Origin: a virus
Taxonomy: Duplodnaviria > Caudoviricetes
Length of the DNA stretch: 44,414 nucleotides
Reading direction: 5' to 3' (one strand)
IMG/VR virus record: IMGVR_UViG_3300007354_000003
Coordinates: 1-44,414 of that record
Part shown: positions 25,104 to 33,398 of the stretch, in pieces
How positions within the stretch are numbered: position 1 is the stretch's first letter
How the letters are laid out: each line of letters opens with the position of its first letter
Notes under the pieces: model-generated
Database searches by the model: none
What the model was told of the DNA's origin: nothing
Seen by the model: the letters and a program-made list of their open reading frames with translations, nothing else
Made by a program: the position numbers and the translations under genes

Positions 25104-25997
25104 ATGATTGCCGCCGACCTTGAAGAGCACGTCACGGCCTATCTCCGCCAGGCCCGCCGCCTTCGCGACATCTCGGACCATACTGTCGTGGCGTACGTCA
25201 CCGACCTTGCGCAGTTCTTCTCGTGGGTGCGCTCCGAACGCCCCGCCGCAGCCCTCACGCACCATGTCATAGAGGATTACCTTGGCATCCTCCGCGCCGG
25301 CGGCCTCAAGCACTCCTCCTTGACGCGGAAACTCGCCTCCCTGCGCGGCTTCTTCTCCTATCTCTGCCAGGAGGACATCCTCATCGGCAACCCCGCCTCC
25401 CTGGTGAAACTCCGGTCGAGCGCGCGCCGGCTTCCCGCCTATCTCACGCGCCGCGAGACCGACCGCCTCCTCGCGCTCCCCGACACCTCCCCGCGCGGTC
25501 TCCGCGACCGGGCCCTGCTCGAATTCCTCTACGCGACCGGTGCGCGTTCGGTGGAGGTGGCCCGGCTCGGCCTGGAGGACCTCGACCTCGACAACCGGAC
25601 GGCGCGCCTCTTCGGGAAGGCCGGGCGGGAGAGGGTCGTGCCGTTCGGCAGCCGGGCCCAGGCCGCCCTCGTCGAATACCTCGCGTCGGCGCGCCCCCTC
25701 CTCGCGGCCGGCCGGAACGTCCGCGGACTGTTCCTCACCCTGCACGGGAAGCCCATGAACGCGCGGGCGGTGCAGTACGTCGTGGACGGCTACCTCGGGC
25801 GCCTGCAACTCGGGCGCGTGGTGACGCCGCACTGCCTGCGGCACACGTTCGCGACGCACATGCTGGACGCGGGGGCGGACATACGCGTGGTGCAGCAGCT
25901 ATTAGGGCACGCGGACATTGTGACGACGCAGGTCTACACCCACGTCTCACAAGTCAGGATGAGGGAAGTGTACTACCAGGCGCATCCGAGGGCTTGA
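25104..25997 (+). CDS. XerC/XerD-like tyrosine recombinase
   Basis: GAGGAGG RBS; RDRALLEFLYATGAR, GKAGRERVVP, TPHCLRHTFATHML, LLGH..TTQVYTHV..HPRA. Confidence 0.95.
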   Translation: MIAADLEEHVTAYLRQARRLRDISDHTVVAYVTDLAQFFSWVRSERPAAALTHHVIEDYLGILRAGGLKHSSLTRKLASLRGFFSYLCQEDILIGNPASLVKLRSSARRLPAYLTRRETDRLLALPDTSPRGLRDRALLEFLYATGARSVEVARLGLEDLDLDNRTARLFGKAGRERVVPFGSRAQAALVEYLASARPLLAAGRNVRGLFLTLHGKPMNARAVQYVVDGYLGRLQLGRVVTPHCLRHTFATHMLDAGADIRVVQQLLGHADIVTTQVYTHVSQVRMREVYYQAHPRA

Positions 25998-26022
25998 AGG
26001 AAAACCTTCTCTTCTGTCGAAT
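25998..26022 (+). promoter_or_regulatory. Consensus SigH-type promoter
   Basis: GAAGGAAAA...GTCGAAT (AGGA-N17-GAAT). Confidence 0.65.
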
Positions 26023-26044
26023 GCGCGCGCGAGGTGATTGCTCC

Positions 26045-26350
26045 ATGTCCAAGGCGCAGGCGTACATACTCGTGCTTACGGTGGCGGCCATCGTCGCGGC
26101 GGGCATCATGTGCTGGCCCGAAATCCAGCGTCTTAGCGCGATGGCGGAGAGGTACAAGGAAGAGGCCGCAGCGTTTGTCCCTAGCGAGGATCGCGGCCTT
26201 TTTGGGAGGATAAACACGGCTGAGAACCAGTACTTTGACACCATCGAGAGACTCACGGCCGTTCGAAAGTCTCTCTCAATTTATGTCGTCGGCGCCCTCG
26301 TGCTTGGCGGCATAGCCTATGCCGTGGCCAGTGGATCGAAAAAGGGATAG
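26045..26350 (+). CDS. Two-TM membrane protein (moron-like)
   Basis: GAGGTG RBS; hydrophobic helices at both ends. Confidence 0.7.
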   Translation: MSKAQAYILVLTVAAIVAAGIMCWPEIQRLSAMAERYKEEAAAFVPSEDRGLFGRINTAENQYFDTIERLTAVRKSLSIYVVGALVLGGIAYAVASGSKKG

Positions 26351-26393
26351 GCCTCTTCTCTCACTCCCTCCACACCTCACCCCCGCACCCACT

Positions 26394-27110
26394 TCACGCA
26401 GCGCATATCGCGCACGGCTCCTCCTCCGGGTCTGGCCACAGGGCGCATTGGCGTTCATCGGCGGTACGGAGTTGGGTGAGGGTGAACGATTTGTTCCACG
26501 TGTAGGTCATGTTCGCGCACGGGTTGGCTTCGTGCCAGGCGATAGACTGGGCTTCCCACTGCTCGGCGAGGGCGTAGAGTTCCGGGTGGTGCTTCAGCAG
26601 GCCATGCCAGTCAGAGACCTTCTGAAAGAAGCAGCACAGGCAGGACACGTTGGACCGCCACTTGTAGACCGGGTTTAGGAGATCATAGCGGCGGCAGAGG
26701 TCGTGAACGGTCCTTTTGTCGAACCCGGCATCCACAAGAGGGCGAACCACGCCGGGTTTGCCTTCCATCCGGTGCGCTTCGTCGGCCCGGATGCCCACAG
26801 CCACAGGCGCGCCCTTAAAGTAAGCGTCCTGTGGAACCTGTTTTAGGAGGCGCGTGCAGTACCGCATCGCTGGAGATGGCAGCATGAAACCATAGTTTGC
26901 TAGGTGTTGATAGAAGGTCCCGTTCGACACCACCGTCAACTTCTTCCCGAGCGTCTTGGCTACCCGGGTGACCATCCAGTACGTCTCAGGTAGTTCCGCT
27001 CCCGTGTCCGCGAAGACCAACTCGAAGTCCTGGCTCTGCTCGTGGAGATAGATGGCCATCGCTGTCGAGTCGGCCCCGCCGGAGAAGGCCACGTAGTCAA
27101 CCTTGGTCAT
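26394..27110 (-). CDS. PAPS-reductase-family (PP-loop) protein
   Basis: VAFSGGADST, FADTGAELPETY, RYCTRLLK, GIRADE, SCLCCFF. Confidence 0.88.
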   Translation of the reverse strand: MTKVDYVAFSGGADSTAMAIYLHEQSQDFELVFADTGAELPETYWMVTRVAKTLGKKLTVVSNGTFYQHLANYGFMLPSPAMRYCTRLLKQVPQDAYFKGAPVAVGIRADEAHRMEGKPGVVRPLVDAGFDKRTVHDLCRRYDLLNPVYKWRSNVSCLCCFFQKVSDWHGLLKHHPELYALAEQWEAQSIAWHEANPCANMTYTWNKSFTLTQLRTADERQCALWPDPEEEPCAICAA

Positions 27111-27582
27111 CCCGCACCCACTTCTCTGCGTTCCGCACGGCGTCCACGGCGACCGTCCGCACGCCGCCCTCCTCCTCCATCGCGGCAATCTCGCGCATCG
27201 CGCCGGGCGAGCGCCACCAACCGTCCAGCACGACCATCCCCATCTCCCAGCCGAGCAGGCGCGATCCGCGCGCGAGGACCCGCACGAGGTGGGAATAGTC
27301 CTCCCGCCACTCGTCGAGGGGTTTCCGGCGCACGAAGAGTTGGAACAGCGCGGAGTTGAGGTGGGGGCAGAACACGACGGCCCCGGCGCGCCACAGGCGC
27401 ACGGCGGCGCGGGCGGCACGGAGGATGTTGCGGACAGTCCCGAGGAGGGTGGGAGCGGTGTAAGGGCCGGAGATGTAGACGAGAGAGCGGCGGGAGGAAG
27501 GGGGGTTAACGGTGGCGGTGAAAGTCACCGAGGTCATGTCCGATGCGTCGTCGAGAGGGGGGAGGAGGCCGGGGATGATCAT
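27097..27582 (-). CDS. DUF4406-like / nucleoside deoxyribosyltransferase-fold protein
   Basis: VYISGPYT..NI..A, CPHLNS, LDGWWRSPGAMREI. Confidence 0.7.
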   Translation of the reverse strand: MIIPGLLPPLDDASDMTSVTFTATVNPPSSRRSLVYISGPYTAPTLLGTVRNILRAARAAVRLWRAGAVVFCPHLNSALFQLFVRRKPLDEWREDYSHLVRVLARGSRLLGWEMGMVVLDGWWRSPGAMREIAAMEEEGGVRTVAVDAVRNAEKWVRDDQG

Positions 27583-27950
27583 GATATACCTCCGGATGTC
27601 CACCAGGAGAGAGGCTTGCGTTCAATACCCACTATTTCCGCTGTTTTAGAGAACAGGTCAGCAATCCCGCCGATATTCATCATCTCCCACACCGCCAGGC
27701 AGCGGCACCAATCACAGCCACCAGGGGGCATCATCGGTTCCGGTTCCCATGTTGCTTCACCGAGACTGTTCCGTGCTTCCAGCCACTCGTCTTCTTGGGT
27801 GATGAGGAGCCAATTACCGTCAGAGAATTCAAAGACCGTCACGTCAGTATCTTCGGCATATCGCGGTCTCCATTCCTCGCGCGTCGGCGAGGAATGGACA
27901 CGGACCACGGTACGCCCTTCGGCAATGCGGCAAACGGCCGTGAAGTCCAC
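27579..27950 (-). CDS. Hypothetical protein
   Basis: GTG after GGAGG; fits between neighbours. Confidence 0.5.
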   Translation of the reverse strand: MDFTAVCRIAEGRTVVRVHSSPTREEWRPRYAEDTDVTVFEFSDGNWLLITQEDEWLEARNSLGEATWEPEPMMPPGGCDWCRCLAVWEMMNIGGIADLFSKTAEIVGIERKPLSWWTSGGIS

Positions 27951-27951
27951 C

Positions 27952-28323
27952 CTACGCCTCCCCCTCCCACGCGTCCCCGTGAGCCGTCTCCGCGTCGCGC
28001 TTCCCGTCCGCGAAGTGCCAGTCGCCCACGATGAACCGCACGTCGCGCCGTTTCTCACCCTCGCGCGTCGTCCACTCGTTGACCTCGGCGCGGCATCCCG
28101 AGAGGCCCACGCGCTGGCCCTTGCCGCAGTACTTCGTGAAGAACTCCGCCCCGCGGCCCCAGAGGGTGAAGTTGAAGAAGTCGGTCTCGCCCTGCTTCCT
28201 CCGCCCCACGGCGAGCCGGAAACCCGCCCGCGTGATGGTCTTGCCGTCCGCGCCGGTCGAGTACTCCAGTTTCGGGTCGTCCACCAGCCGGCCGGTGAAC
28301 GAACAGCAGTTCATATCGGCCAT
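27952..28323 (-). CDS. ssb: Single-stranded DNA-binding protein
   Basis: MN..SFTGRLVDDPKL, FRLAVGRR, ETDFFN..LWG..AE, KGQRV; acidic tail. Confidence 0.9.
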   Translation of the reverse strand: MADMNCCSFTGRLVDDPKLEYSTGADGKTITRAGFRLAVGRRKQGETDFFNFTLWGRGAEFFTKYCGKGQRVGLSGCRAEVNEWTTREGEKRRDVRFIVGDWHFADGKRDAETAHGDAWEGEA

Positions 28324-28333
28324 GTTAGCCCTC

Positions 28334-28897
28334 CTAATCGGCCTTGGGAGCCAAGGAATATCGGAAGTCCTTGCGCTTGATCTTGGCCATGCGCCCATCA
28401 GGATGATGGAACACAATGCCCTCGACAAGATGGCCGGGGGAGTACAGGCTTTCGAGGTTCCTTAAATAGTCCCGAAGTCCATCGAAAGTTCTGGGGCAAT
28501 CGGGGTAGACGGGCATCTCGTCGAGCCGCACAAGAACATGATGATCTAAACCAAGAGGATTGCCTTGTATCTTGGGGCCAACGGCCTCGTAGTACCCAGG
28601 ACTCAGGTCAGGCGTGTTGTTGAAGGCATCCCAAATCCACTTGTCCGAGGGGTCTCCAAGGACGCACGGGATATTGGTAGGCTCGACTCCAGCAGCCTTT
28701 TCCTCCTCCGTTGGATTGCGCCGCTTCCAAGGCCATAGGGCTTGGCCGTCTGGACCTTCAGCGACCAATACATTGGTCCCGTCCAGTTTCTCCGTGGCCA
28801 CCCCTTCTCCAGCGAGAACCCATTCGCAGTCCTTGCGGACCTTTGGTGTGACCTTGAATTGGTCGCCCCGGTCAAACATGGTGTCGATTTTCTTCAT
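28334..28897 (-). CDS. RNA-ligase-like nucleotidyltransferase (minimal catalytic domain)
   Basis: ATEKLDGTN (KxDG motif I), YEAVGPKIQGNP, EGIVF, AKIK. Confidence 0.8.
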   Translation of the reverse strand: MKKIDTMFDRGDQFKVTPKVRKDCEWVLAGEGVATEKLDGTNVLVAEGPDGQALWPWKRRNPTEEEKAAGVEPTNIPCVLGDPSDKWIWDAFNNTPDLSPGYYEAVGPKIQGNPLGLDHHVLVRLDEMPVYPDCPRTFDGLRDYLRNLESLYSPGHLVEGIVFHHPDGRMAKIKRKDFRYSLAPKAD

Positions 28898-28899
28898 GT

Positions 28900-29235
28900 C
28901 TATCCCTCCTCCACCAACTCGAACTCGTAACAACTCACTTCCCGCCCGAGGTCTACCGCCCCGGCCTTCCGGTTTATCTCCTCGAACGCCCGCAGGTAGT
29001 CCTCGCGCGACCCGTACCCCTCCGCCCGCGCGTCCGCCTCCGATATCGCGCCCAGGGGTTCGGACCACCGGCGGAGGATGCGCACGCGCGCGAAAGGCCG
29101 GGCGCCGCGGCGCATGTCGGTGAAGCAGCCGTGGACGGCGCCCACGCGCCAGCGGAAGGGAACGTGAAGGCGACGCGTCTGGGTCTTGGCGCGCGCGAGG
29201 ATGGGGGCGACGTGGCAGGGTTTGAAGAGAATCAC
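28900..29235 (-). CDS. ASCH-domain protein
   Basis: ILARAKTQTRR...LGAISEADARAEGY; GTGA overlap with a 15-aa upstream peptide. Confidence 0.8.
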   Translation of the reverse strand: MILFKPCHVAPILARAKTQTRRLHVPFRWRVGAVHGCFTDMRRGARPFARVRILRRWSEPLGAISEADARAEGYGSREDYLRAFEEINRKAGAVDLGREVSCYEFELVEEG

Positions 29236-29273
29236 GGCTTCGGCCACGTCCCGTTGCGGAGCACCGCGTAGTC

Positions 29274-29353
29274 TTCCATTCCTACTCCTCCCTAAGACGA
29301 ACAATCTCCCGCCCCCTCCCCGCCGTGGGCAGGCGGCGGTTCATCGGGAGCGG
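29274..29353 (-). repeat. 80-bp direct repeat, copy 2 (hairpin + RBS + ATG); copy 1 at 30096-30175
   Basis: The two copies differ at one base; both end TTAGGGAGG(A/G)GTAGGAATGGAA on the minus strand. Confidence 0.9.
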
Positions 29354-29361
29354 GACCCGCT

Positions 29362-29568
29362 TCACGGCTCGCTCCTCCTTGCTGTCCACTCACCCTCATT
29401 CTTCGCCTCCAACGCCTCCTGCAGAAGTTCGGCGACATCCTCGGCGCTCTGCTCATTGAGCACGCTCCCAGGGACCAGATGTAGGACCGTCTGCCCACCA
29501 TATTCAATAGCACACGCATAGCCGTATCGGTCCCTGCGAACTCTCCACGTTGCGGTTGCATCGGTCAT
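29362..29568 (-). CDS. Hypothetical protein in the repeat-flanked cassette
   Basis: AAAGGAGG RBS; ATGA overlap. Confidence 0.6.
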   Translation of the reverse strand: MTDATATWRVRRDRYGYACAIEYGGQTVLHLVPGSVLNEQSAEDVAELLQEALEAKNEGEWTARRSEP

Positions 29569-30101
29569 CGCCTTTCCCCTCCTTTCACGGCCTTCAGCCT
29601 CTCAAGGACGCCCTGGCCGTCAGCATCGTCCGATATCCAACTAGCTGTCGCCCGTTCAGAGAGCCGTGCTGCTTCTGCGGTCTCAGCCAACTGGAACGGG
29701 ACCCTAACGTCCGCTGAGTCGAGCAGAGGCTTCCCGCATGGGCATTGAAGCAGGAGACTTAACTCGCCCGCCGTCACCGACTGGCATTCCTCCTTGAACA
29801 GATGGACTGGGTTCCATGCTTCTACGACCGTGCTGTAGCCGAGACCGGTGGTGGCCGGGGTTGCCACGAGGTCATGCTCGGTAGCCATGCTCAGTTGGGT
29901 TGATAGTAAGTAACCCGAGCAGACCTCGTTGCCACAGAGGGACGTGATGTGAGTGATGAACACTAAGCGGTCCCCGACCGTGCACGTTGTTCCAGGAACG
30001 ACCCGAGCATCCGAGGAGGTCTCGTGCCGCTGCTCGCGACGATGGGGTGGCAGGTGTGCTACCATCACACGGTCCGGTATCTCATTGCTGAGCCGTTCCA
30101 T
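29565..30101 (-). CDS. Hypothetical protein in the repeat-flanked cassette
   Basis: Starts at the ATG inside the 80-bp repeat. Confidence 0.6.
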   Translation of the reverse strand: MERLSNEIPDRVMVAHLPPHRREQRHETSSDARVVPGTTCTVGDRLVFITHITSLCGNEVCSGYLLSTQLSMATEHDLVATPATTGLGYSTVVEAWNPVHLFKEECQSVTAGELSLLLQCPCGKPLLDSADVRVPFQLAETAEAARLSERATASWISDDADGQGVLERLKAVKGGERR

Positions 30102-30175
30102 TCCTACCCCTCCCTAAGACGAACAATCTCCCGCCCCCTCCCCGCCGTGGGCAGGCGGCGGTTCATCGGGAGCGG
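30096..30175 (-). repeat. 80-bp direct repeat, copy 1
   Basis: See 29274-29353. Confidence 0.9.
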
Positions 30176-30189
30176 TGGTGCTGCCGGCC

Positions 30190-30381
30190 TCACAAGCCCT
30201 CGTTGGCGACGCGCTTGGCGTCTATGTTCCCTTCAACGAGGATGTAACCGATGATGACGGCCGCGACGCTCAGGATGGCTTCGACAGGCAGGTTCCAGCC
30301 GAATTCGGAATTGAGGACCGGCAGGAGCGCGCCCAGGACGGCCATCCAGAACTTGCGCGACGTGAGCTTCTCTTTCACCAT
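30190..30381 (-). CDS. Holin
   Basis: KLTSRKFW motif, two TM helices, YILVEGNID. Confidence 0.8.
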   Translation of the reverse strand: MVKEKLTSRKFWMAVLGALLPVLNSEFGWNLPVEAILSVAAVIIGYILVEGNIDAKRVANEGL

Positions 30382-30419
30382 ACCGCTTCACCCCCTCTGT
30401 CCCGCCACGAGGCAGGTGG

Positions 30420-30752
30420 TCAAGGTCTACTGTCCGCTGAACACGTAGTCGAACGCTTTTGTCCCAACCTTCTCGCCAGGCCTTCCTCCGAGGGCCTATC
30501 CCACCAGTCCGAGTACTCCCAAGCCGGGCAACCTTGGTGTTCCCAGGTCAGCCGGCCGACTCTCGGCGAGCGCGGGTTCACGCACACGCCCCAGTCGCCA
30601 AATTCAAGCATGAGAAACCAGACACAGTCAGTTGAACAATCCCGCCCGTCCTCGTCCACGTTCCAGTCATCTATGTCGGGAGTGAGAGACACTAGATGCT
30701 GCTGGATACGATTAAGAACGATCTTGCGGTCAAGTTTGCGAGTCATGCTCAT
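30420..30752 (-). CDS. Cys-containing hypothetical protein
   Basis: DCSTDCVWF..WGVCVNP..GC motif; GGAGG RBS. Confidence 0.6.
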   Translation of the reverse strand: MSMTRKLDRKIVLNRIQQHLVSLTPDIDDWNVDEDGRDCSTDCVWFLMLEFGDWGVCVNPRSPRVGRLTWEHQGCPAWEYSDWWDRPSEEGLARRLGQKRSTTCSADSRP

Positions 30753-30763
30753 CACCCCTCCCC

Positions 30764-31036
30764 TCACTCGCCCCGAAAGACGTAGTCGAACGCCTCCGCC
30801 ACCGGCCGCAGAACGCGCCCCGCCAGCCAGCCCTTCACCCCGCCCCGCCGCGCCCGCCGCGCCAGTTCCCCGACGGTGAGGAGCACTTCCGCCCGCGCCG
30901 CGTCCGCCAGCGTGTTCACGTTGACGTTCACGACGGTCTCTTTCGATTTGCGGCGCACCCGGCGGCGGCCGAACGGGATGACGTTGGAAGGTGGCTTGGG
31001 CGGCGTCTCCGGTGGGTCGCGCGGCTCGTCGGTCAC
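30764..31036 (-). CDS. Hypothetical protein
   Basis: GAGGAG RBS; NVIPF motif. Confidence 0.55.
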   Translation of the reverse strand: MTDEPRDPPETPPKPPSNVIPFGRRRVRRKSKETVVNVNVNTLADAARAEVLLTVGELARRARRGGVKGWLAGRVLRPVAEAFDYVFRGE

Positions 31037-31212
31037 TCAGGGGTCGTCTCCTCGTCGAACAGGAGCAGGACGGCCAAGGATGTTACGAACACAAGGATGG
31101 ACGTATCGAGGTCGCGGAATGGCTGGCCCCCGGTGAGCCATAGGACGATGTTGGTGCCCGAGATGACAAGGCACAGCAGGCATATGCCTATCACTACCAT
31201 GGCCTTCGCCAT
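31033..31212 (-). CDS. Small two-TM protein (59 aa)
   Basis: MAKAMVVIGICLLCLVISGTNIVLW...ILVFVTSLAVLLLF. Confidence 0.55.
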   Translation of the reverse strand: MAKAMVVIGICLLCLVISGTNIVLWLTGGQPFRDLDTSILVFVTSLAVLLLFDEETTPE

Positions 31213-32381
31213 CCTACCGCCCCCTCCTCACTTTCTCTCGCCGCACGATTGACATTCTCGCCCCGCCCGCCCCACTCCTTCACCGTGGCCGCAGAAAGTG
31301 CGGCGTGGGCGCACACGCGCCGGCCAATCCACTCCGCCACCTGCGGCACTACGGCGTTCCCGAGGGCGCGGATACGGGCGACCCGGTTGGGGATTCCCCT
31401 GGCGACCCGGGGAGGCTCACAGGGATGCTGGGGTTCACGGGGGCGGGCTGGCCACGGGCAACCTTGGCAGACCTGGTCTTCTTGGTCGATGGGGCAATTG
31501 AGGGAAGCTCGGTCCAGCCAGGGGGGAAGCCCATCAACCTCTCGACCCAGGCGGGGTTCAGCTGGCCCGCCACCGCCGTCCGCAGGTTCTCCCCGCCATC
31601 CCGTCCGGAACTCCCCGGGCCGCCCATGCCGTCCGATTCGGTCGGTGTCGGCCACATCTTGGCAGCCACGGCCAGGCTGCTGACACTCGTGCGCCCGATG
31701 GATTGTCGCATCGCCAGGAATTGCTCCGGCGTCCGACCAGTTTCGCTGGCTTGGGGGGTAGGCCACATTCTCACCGCATCGCCCGGAGCCGTCGTGACTG
31801 GTTTGCCCGTGCGCCTGTCGTGCGGCTTCCGCCCTGGGGTCCATGGCGAGCCGTCCGCATTCACCGGGTCGGTGAGGTCTACCGTATTCGGTGTCGCCTT
31901 GTTCGCCTGCGGTGTAGGCCACGATGAACACCCGGTAGCGCAGGTGCGGAGCACCAACGGCGGCTGCCGGTATGCAATCCCATTCCGCATCATACCCGAG
32001 CGCGGCCAGGTCCCCGAGAACTTCGCCCATCCCTCGAACAAGGAGCCCTGGAACGTTCTCCACGAGCACGTATCTGGGTCGTACCACGCGAACGGTCCGT
32101 GCGAACTCGGGCCAGAGCCAGCGTTCGTCTTCCTGCCCGCGCCGCCGCCCGGCGAGGGACACGGGCTGGCAGGGGAAGCCGCCGCAGATGAGGTCCACGG
32201 ACCCAAGGTCCCGTGGGTCAAGGGTTCTGATGTCTCCATAGCGGGCCACCTCCGACCAATGATTCTCAAGGACTTCAACGCAGGACGGGTCAATCTCAAC
32301 TTGCCAACAAACTTCCATCCCCGCCCACTCAAGGCCGAGGTCGAAGCCACCGATGCCGGCGAAGAGCGAGCCGACCCTCAC
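31194..32381 (-). CDS. C5 cytosine DNA methyltransferase, main (alpha) frame
   Basis: LFAGIGG (I), GGFPCQ (IV), ENV (VI), HLRYRVF (VIII), ALGNAVVP (X); no recognisable motif IX. Confidence 0.92.
   Translation of the reverse strand: MRVGSLFAGIGGFDLGLEWAGMEVCWQVEIDPSCVEVLENHWSEVARYGDIRTLDPRDLGSVDLICGGFPCQPVSLAGRRRGQEDERWLWPEFARTVRVVRPRYVLVENVPGLLVRGMGEVLGDLAALGYDAEWDCIPAAAVGAPHLRYRVFIVAYTAGEQGDTEYGRPHRPGECGRLAMDPRAEAARQAHGQTSHDGSGRCGENVAYPPSQRNWSDAGAIPGDATIHRAHECQQPGRGCQDVADTDRIGRHGRPGEFRTGWRGEPADGGGGPAEPRLGREVDGLPPWLDRASLNCPIDQEDQVCQGCPWPARPREPQHPCEPPRVARGIPNRVARIRALGNAVVPQVAEWIGRRVCAHAALSAATVKEWGGRGENVNRAARESEEGAVGWRRPW
31349..32350 (-). CDS. Overlapping alternative-frame polypeptide (beta subunit) of the methyltransferase; true start uncertain
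   Basis: WPTP repeats and GQLNPAWVERLMGFPPGWT (motif IX-like). Confidence 0.75.
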   Translation of the reverse strand: MASTSALSGRGWKFVGKLRLTRPALKSLRIIGRRWPAMETSEPLTHGTLGPWTSSAAASPASPCPSPGGGAGRKTNAGSGPSSHGPFAWYDPDTCSWRTFQGSLFEGWAKFSGTWPRSGMMRNGIAYRQPPLVLRTCATGCSSWPTPQANKATPNTVDLTDPVNADGSPWTPGRKPHDRRTGKPVTTAPGDAVRMWPTPQASETGRTPEQFLAMRQSIGRTSVSSLAVAAKMWPTPTESDGMGGPGSSGRDGGENLRTAVAGQLNPAWVERLMGFPPGWTELPSIAPSTKKTRSAKVARGQPAPVNPSIPVSLPGSPGESPTGSPVSAPSGTP

Positions 32382-33163
32382 ATCTCCACCGCCGTCTCCC
32401 ACTCCCGCCCCGAAAACCACAGCTTCGGCGTCTCGCACGGCACCGGCGCCAGGCCCATCCCCTCCTGATACCCGCCGTACTCTGAGAACGGCCCCGTCAC
32501 CACCATGCGGTACGGCCGGTGCACGAGCTTCCCCGTCCGCAGGTCCGGCACGATGCGGGCCCGCACCCCCGCCGCCTCCTGGTGGAGGTGCGACATCACG
32601 TACACATCGGCCACCACGTTGGCGACGATGCTCCCCACCTTGTTGAGGCCCGCCCCCGCAAGCCGGCCGCCCCCCGTGCCGTGCCACAGGAACACGGTGT
32701 AATGGTTCGGGTCGCCGTGGGAGTTCTTACCGACCTTGAGGTGGAGGAGGGCCGAGTAGCCCCACTCGTCCGGCGCGCCGGAGTAGCGGGAGGGGATGCC
32801 GAGCCGCTGGCATATCTCCGCGTTCACGTCGAAGTCCGCCGCGCGGAGGAGCCGTCGTTCGTGGTTCCCGCCGTTCCAGCCGAGGATGCGGTCGGCGCGC
32901 GCGAGGGGTTCGAAGAACGAAACCGCCGCATCTATCTGCTGGTTCAGCCGCCCCGTCTGCTCCGTCGGTTCCTCCGGCCCGGCCTTCGTCGCCGCGTTGA
33001 GCACGTCGCCGTTCACGAAGACGAAGCGCGCGGGGTCGGAGAGCACCCATTCGCGGTAGGCGAGGACGCGCGGGGAGACGGAGCCGAAGCCCCAATGCAT
33101 GTCGGCGAGGACGACGAGGCAGGCGCGGGCGTGGAGGATGTGGGAGGAGGAGAAATACTTCAT
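32378..33163 (-). CDS. Calcineurin-like metallophosphoesterase
   Basis: ADMHWG, NGDV, GNHE, WHG, SHLH. Confidence 0.88.
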   Translation of the reverse strand: MKYFSSSHILHARACLVVLADMHWGFGSVSPRVLAYREWVLSDPARFVFVNGDVLNAATKAGPEEPTEQTGRLNQQIDAAVSFFEPLARADRILGWNGGNHERRLLRAADFDVNAEICQRLGIPSRYSGAPDEWGYSALLHLKVGKNSHGDPNHYTVFLWHGTGGGRLAGAGLNKVGSIVANVVADVYVMSHLHQEAAGVRARIVPDLRTGKLVHRPYRMVVTGPFSEYGGYQEGMGLAPVPCETPKLWFSGREWETAVEM

Positions 33164-33396
33164 GCTCGAATATGGGCGTGAGAGCGGTGTATCCTGTCGA
33201 GCCACTTCCGGTTCTCGTCGGGGTCCGCCGAGTCTAGGCGCAGCTTCACAAACGCGACCATATGTGTCGGGCAAAGGTCGATGTACTCGTAGCGGTCCTC
33301 CGAGTCACCCGCTCCGCTCGCCACGCGCCCCACGAACACGGGGAGCCGCGCTGCCTCAACCCGCCCGCATACGTCACATGTGTGAGTGAGTGCCAT
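33160..33396 (-). CDS. Small zinc-binding protein
   Basis: TCDVCG...DLCPTH. Confidence 0.6.
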   Translation of the reverse strand: MALTHTCDVCGRVEAARLPVFVGRVASGAGDSEDRYEYIDLCPTHMVAFVKLRLDSADPDENRKWLDRIHRSHAHIRA

Positions 33397-33398
33397 TC

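Noticed and set aside
30818-30830. Extra CCCCGCCAGCCA copy as a fifth closing-helix module
   Set aside because: It lies inside a coding region (GWLAGR) and I found no nearby complementary partner
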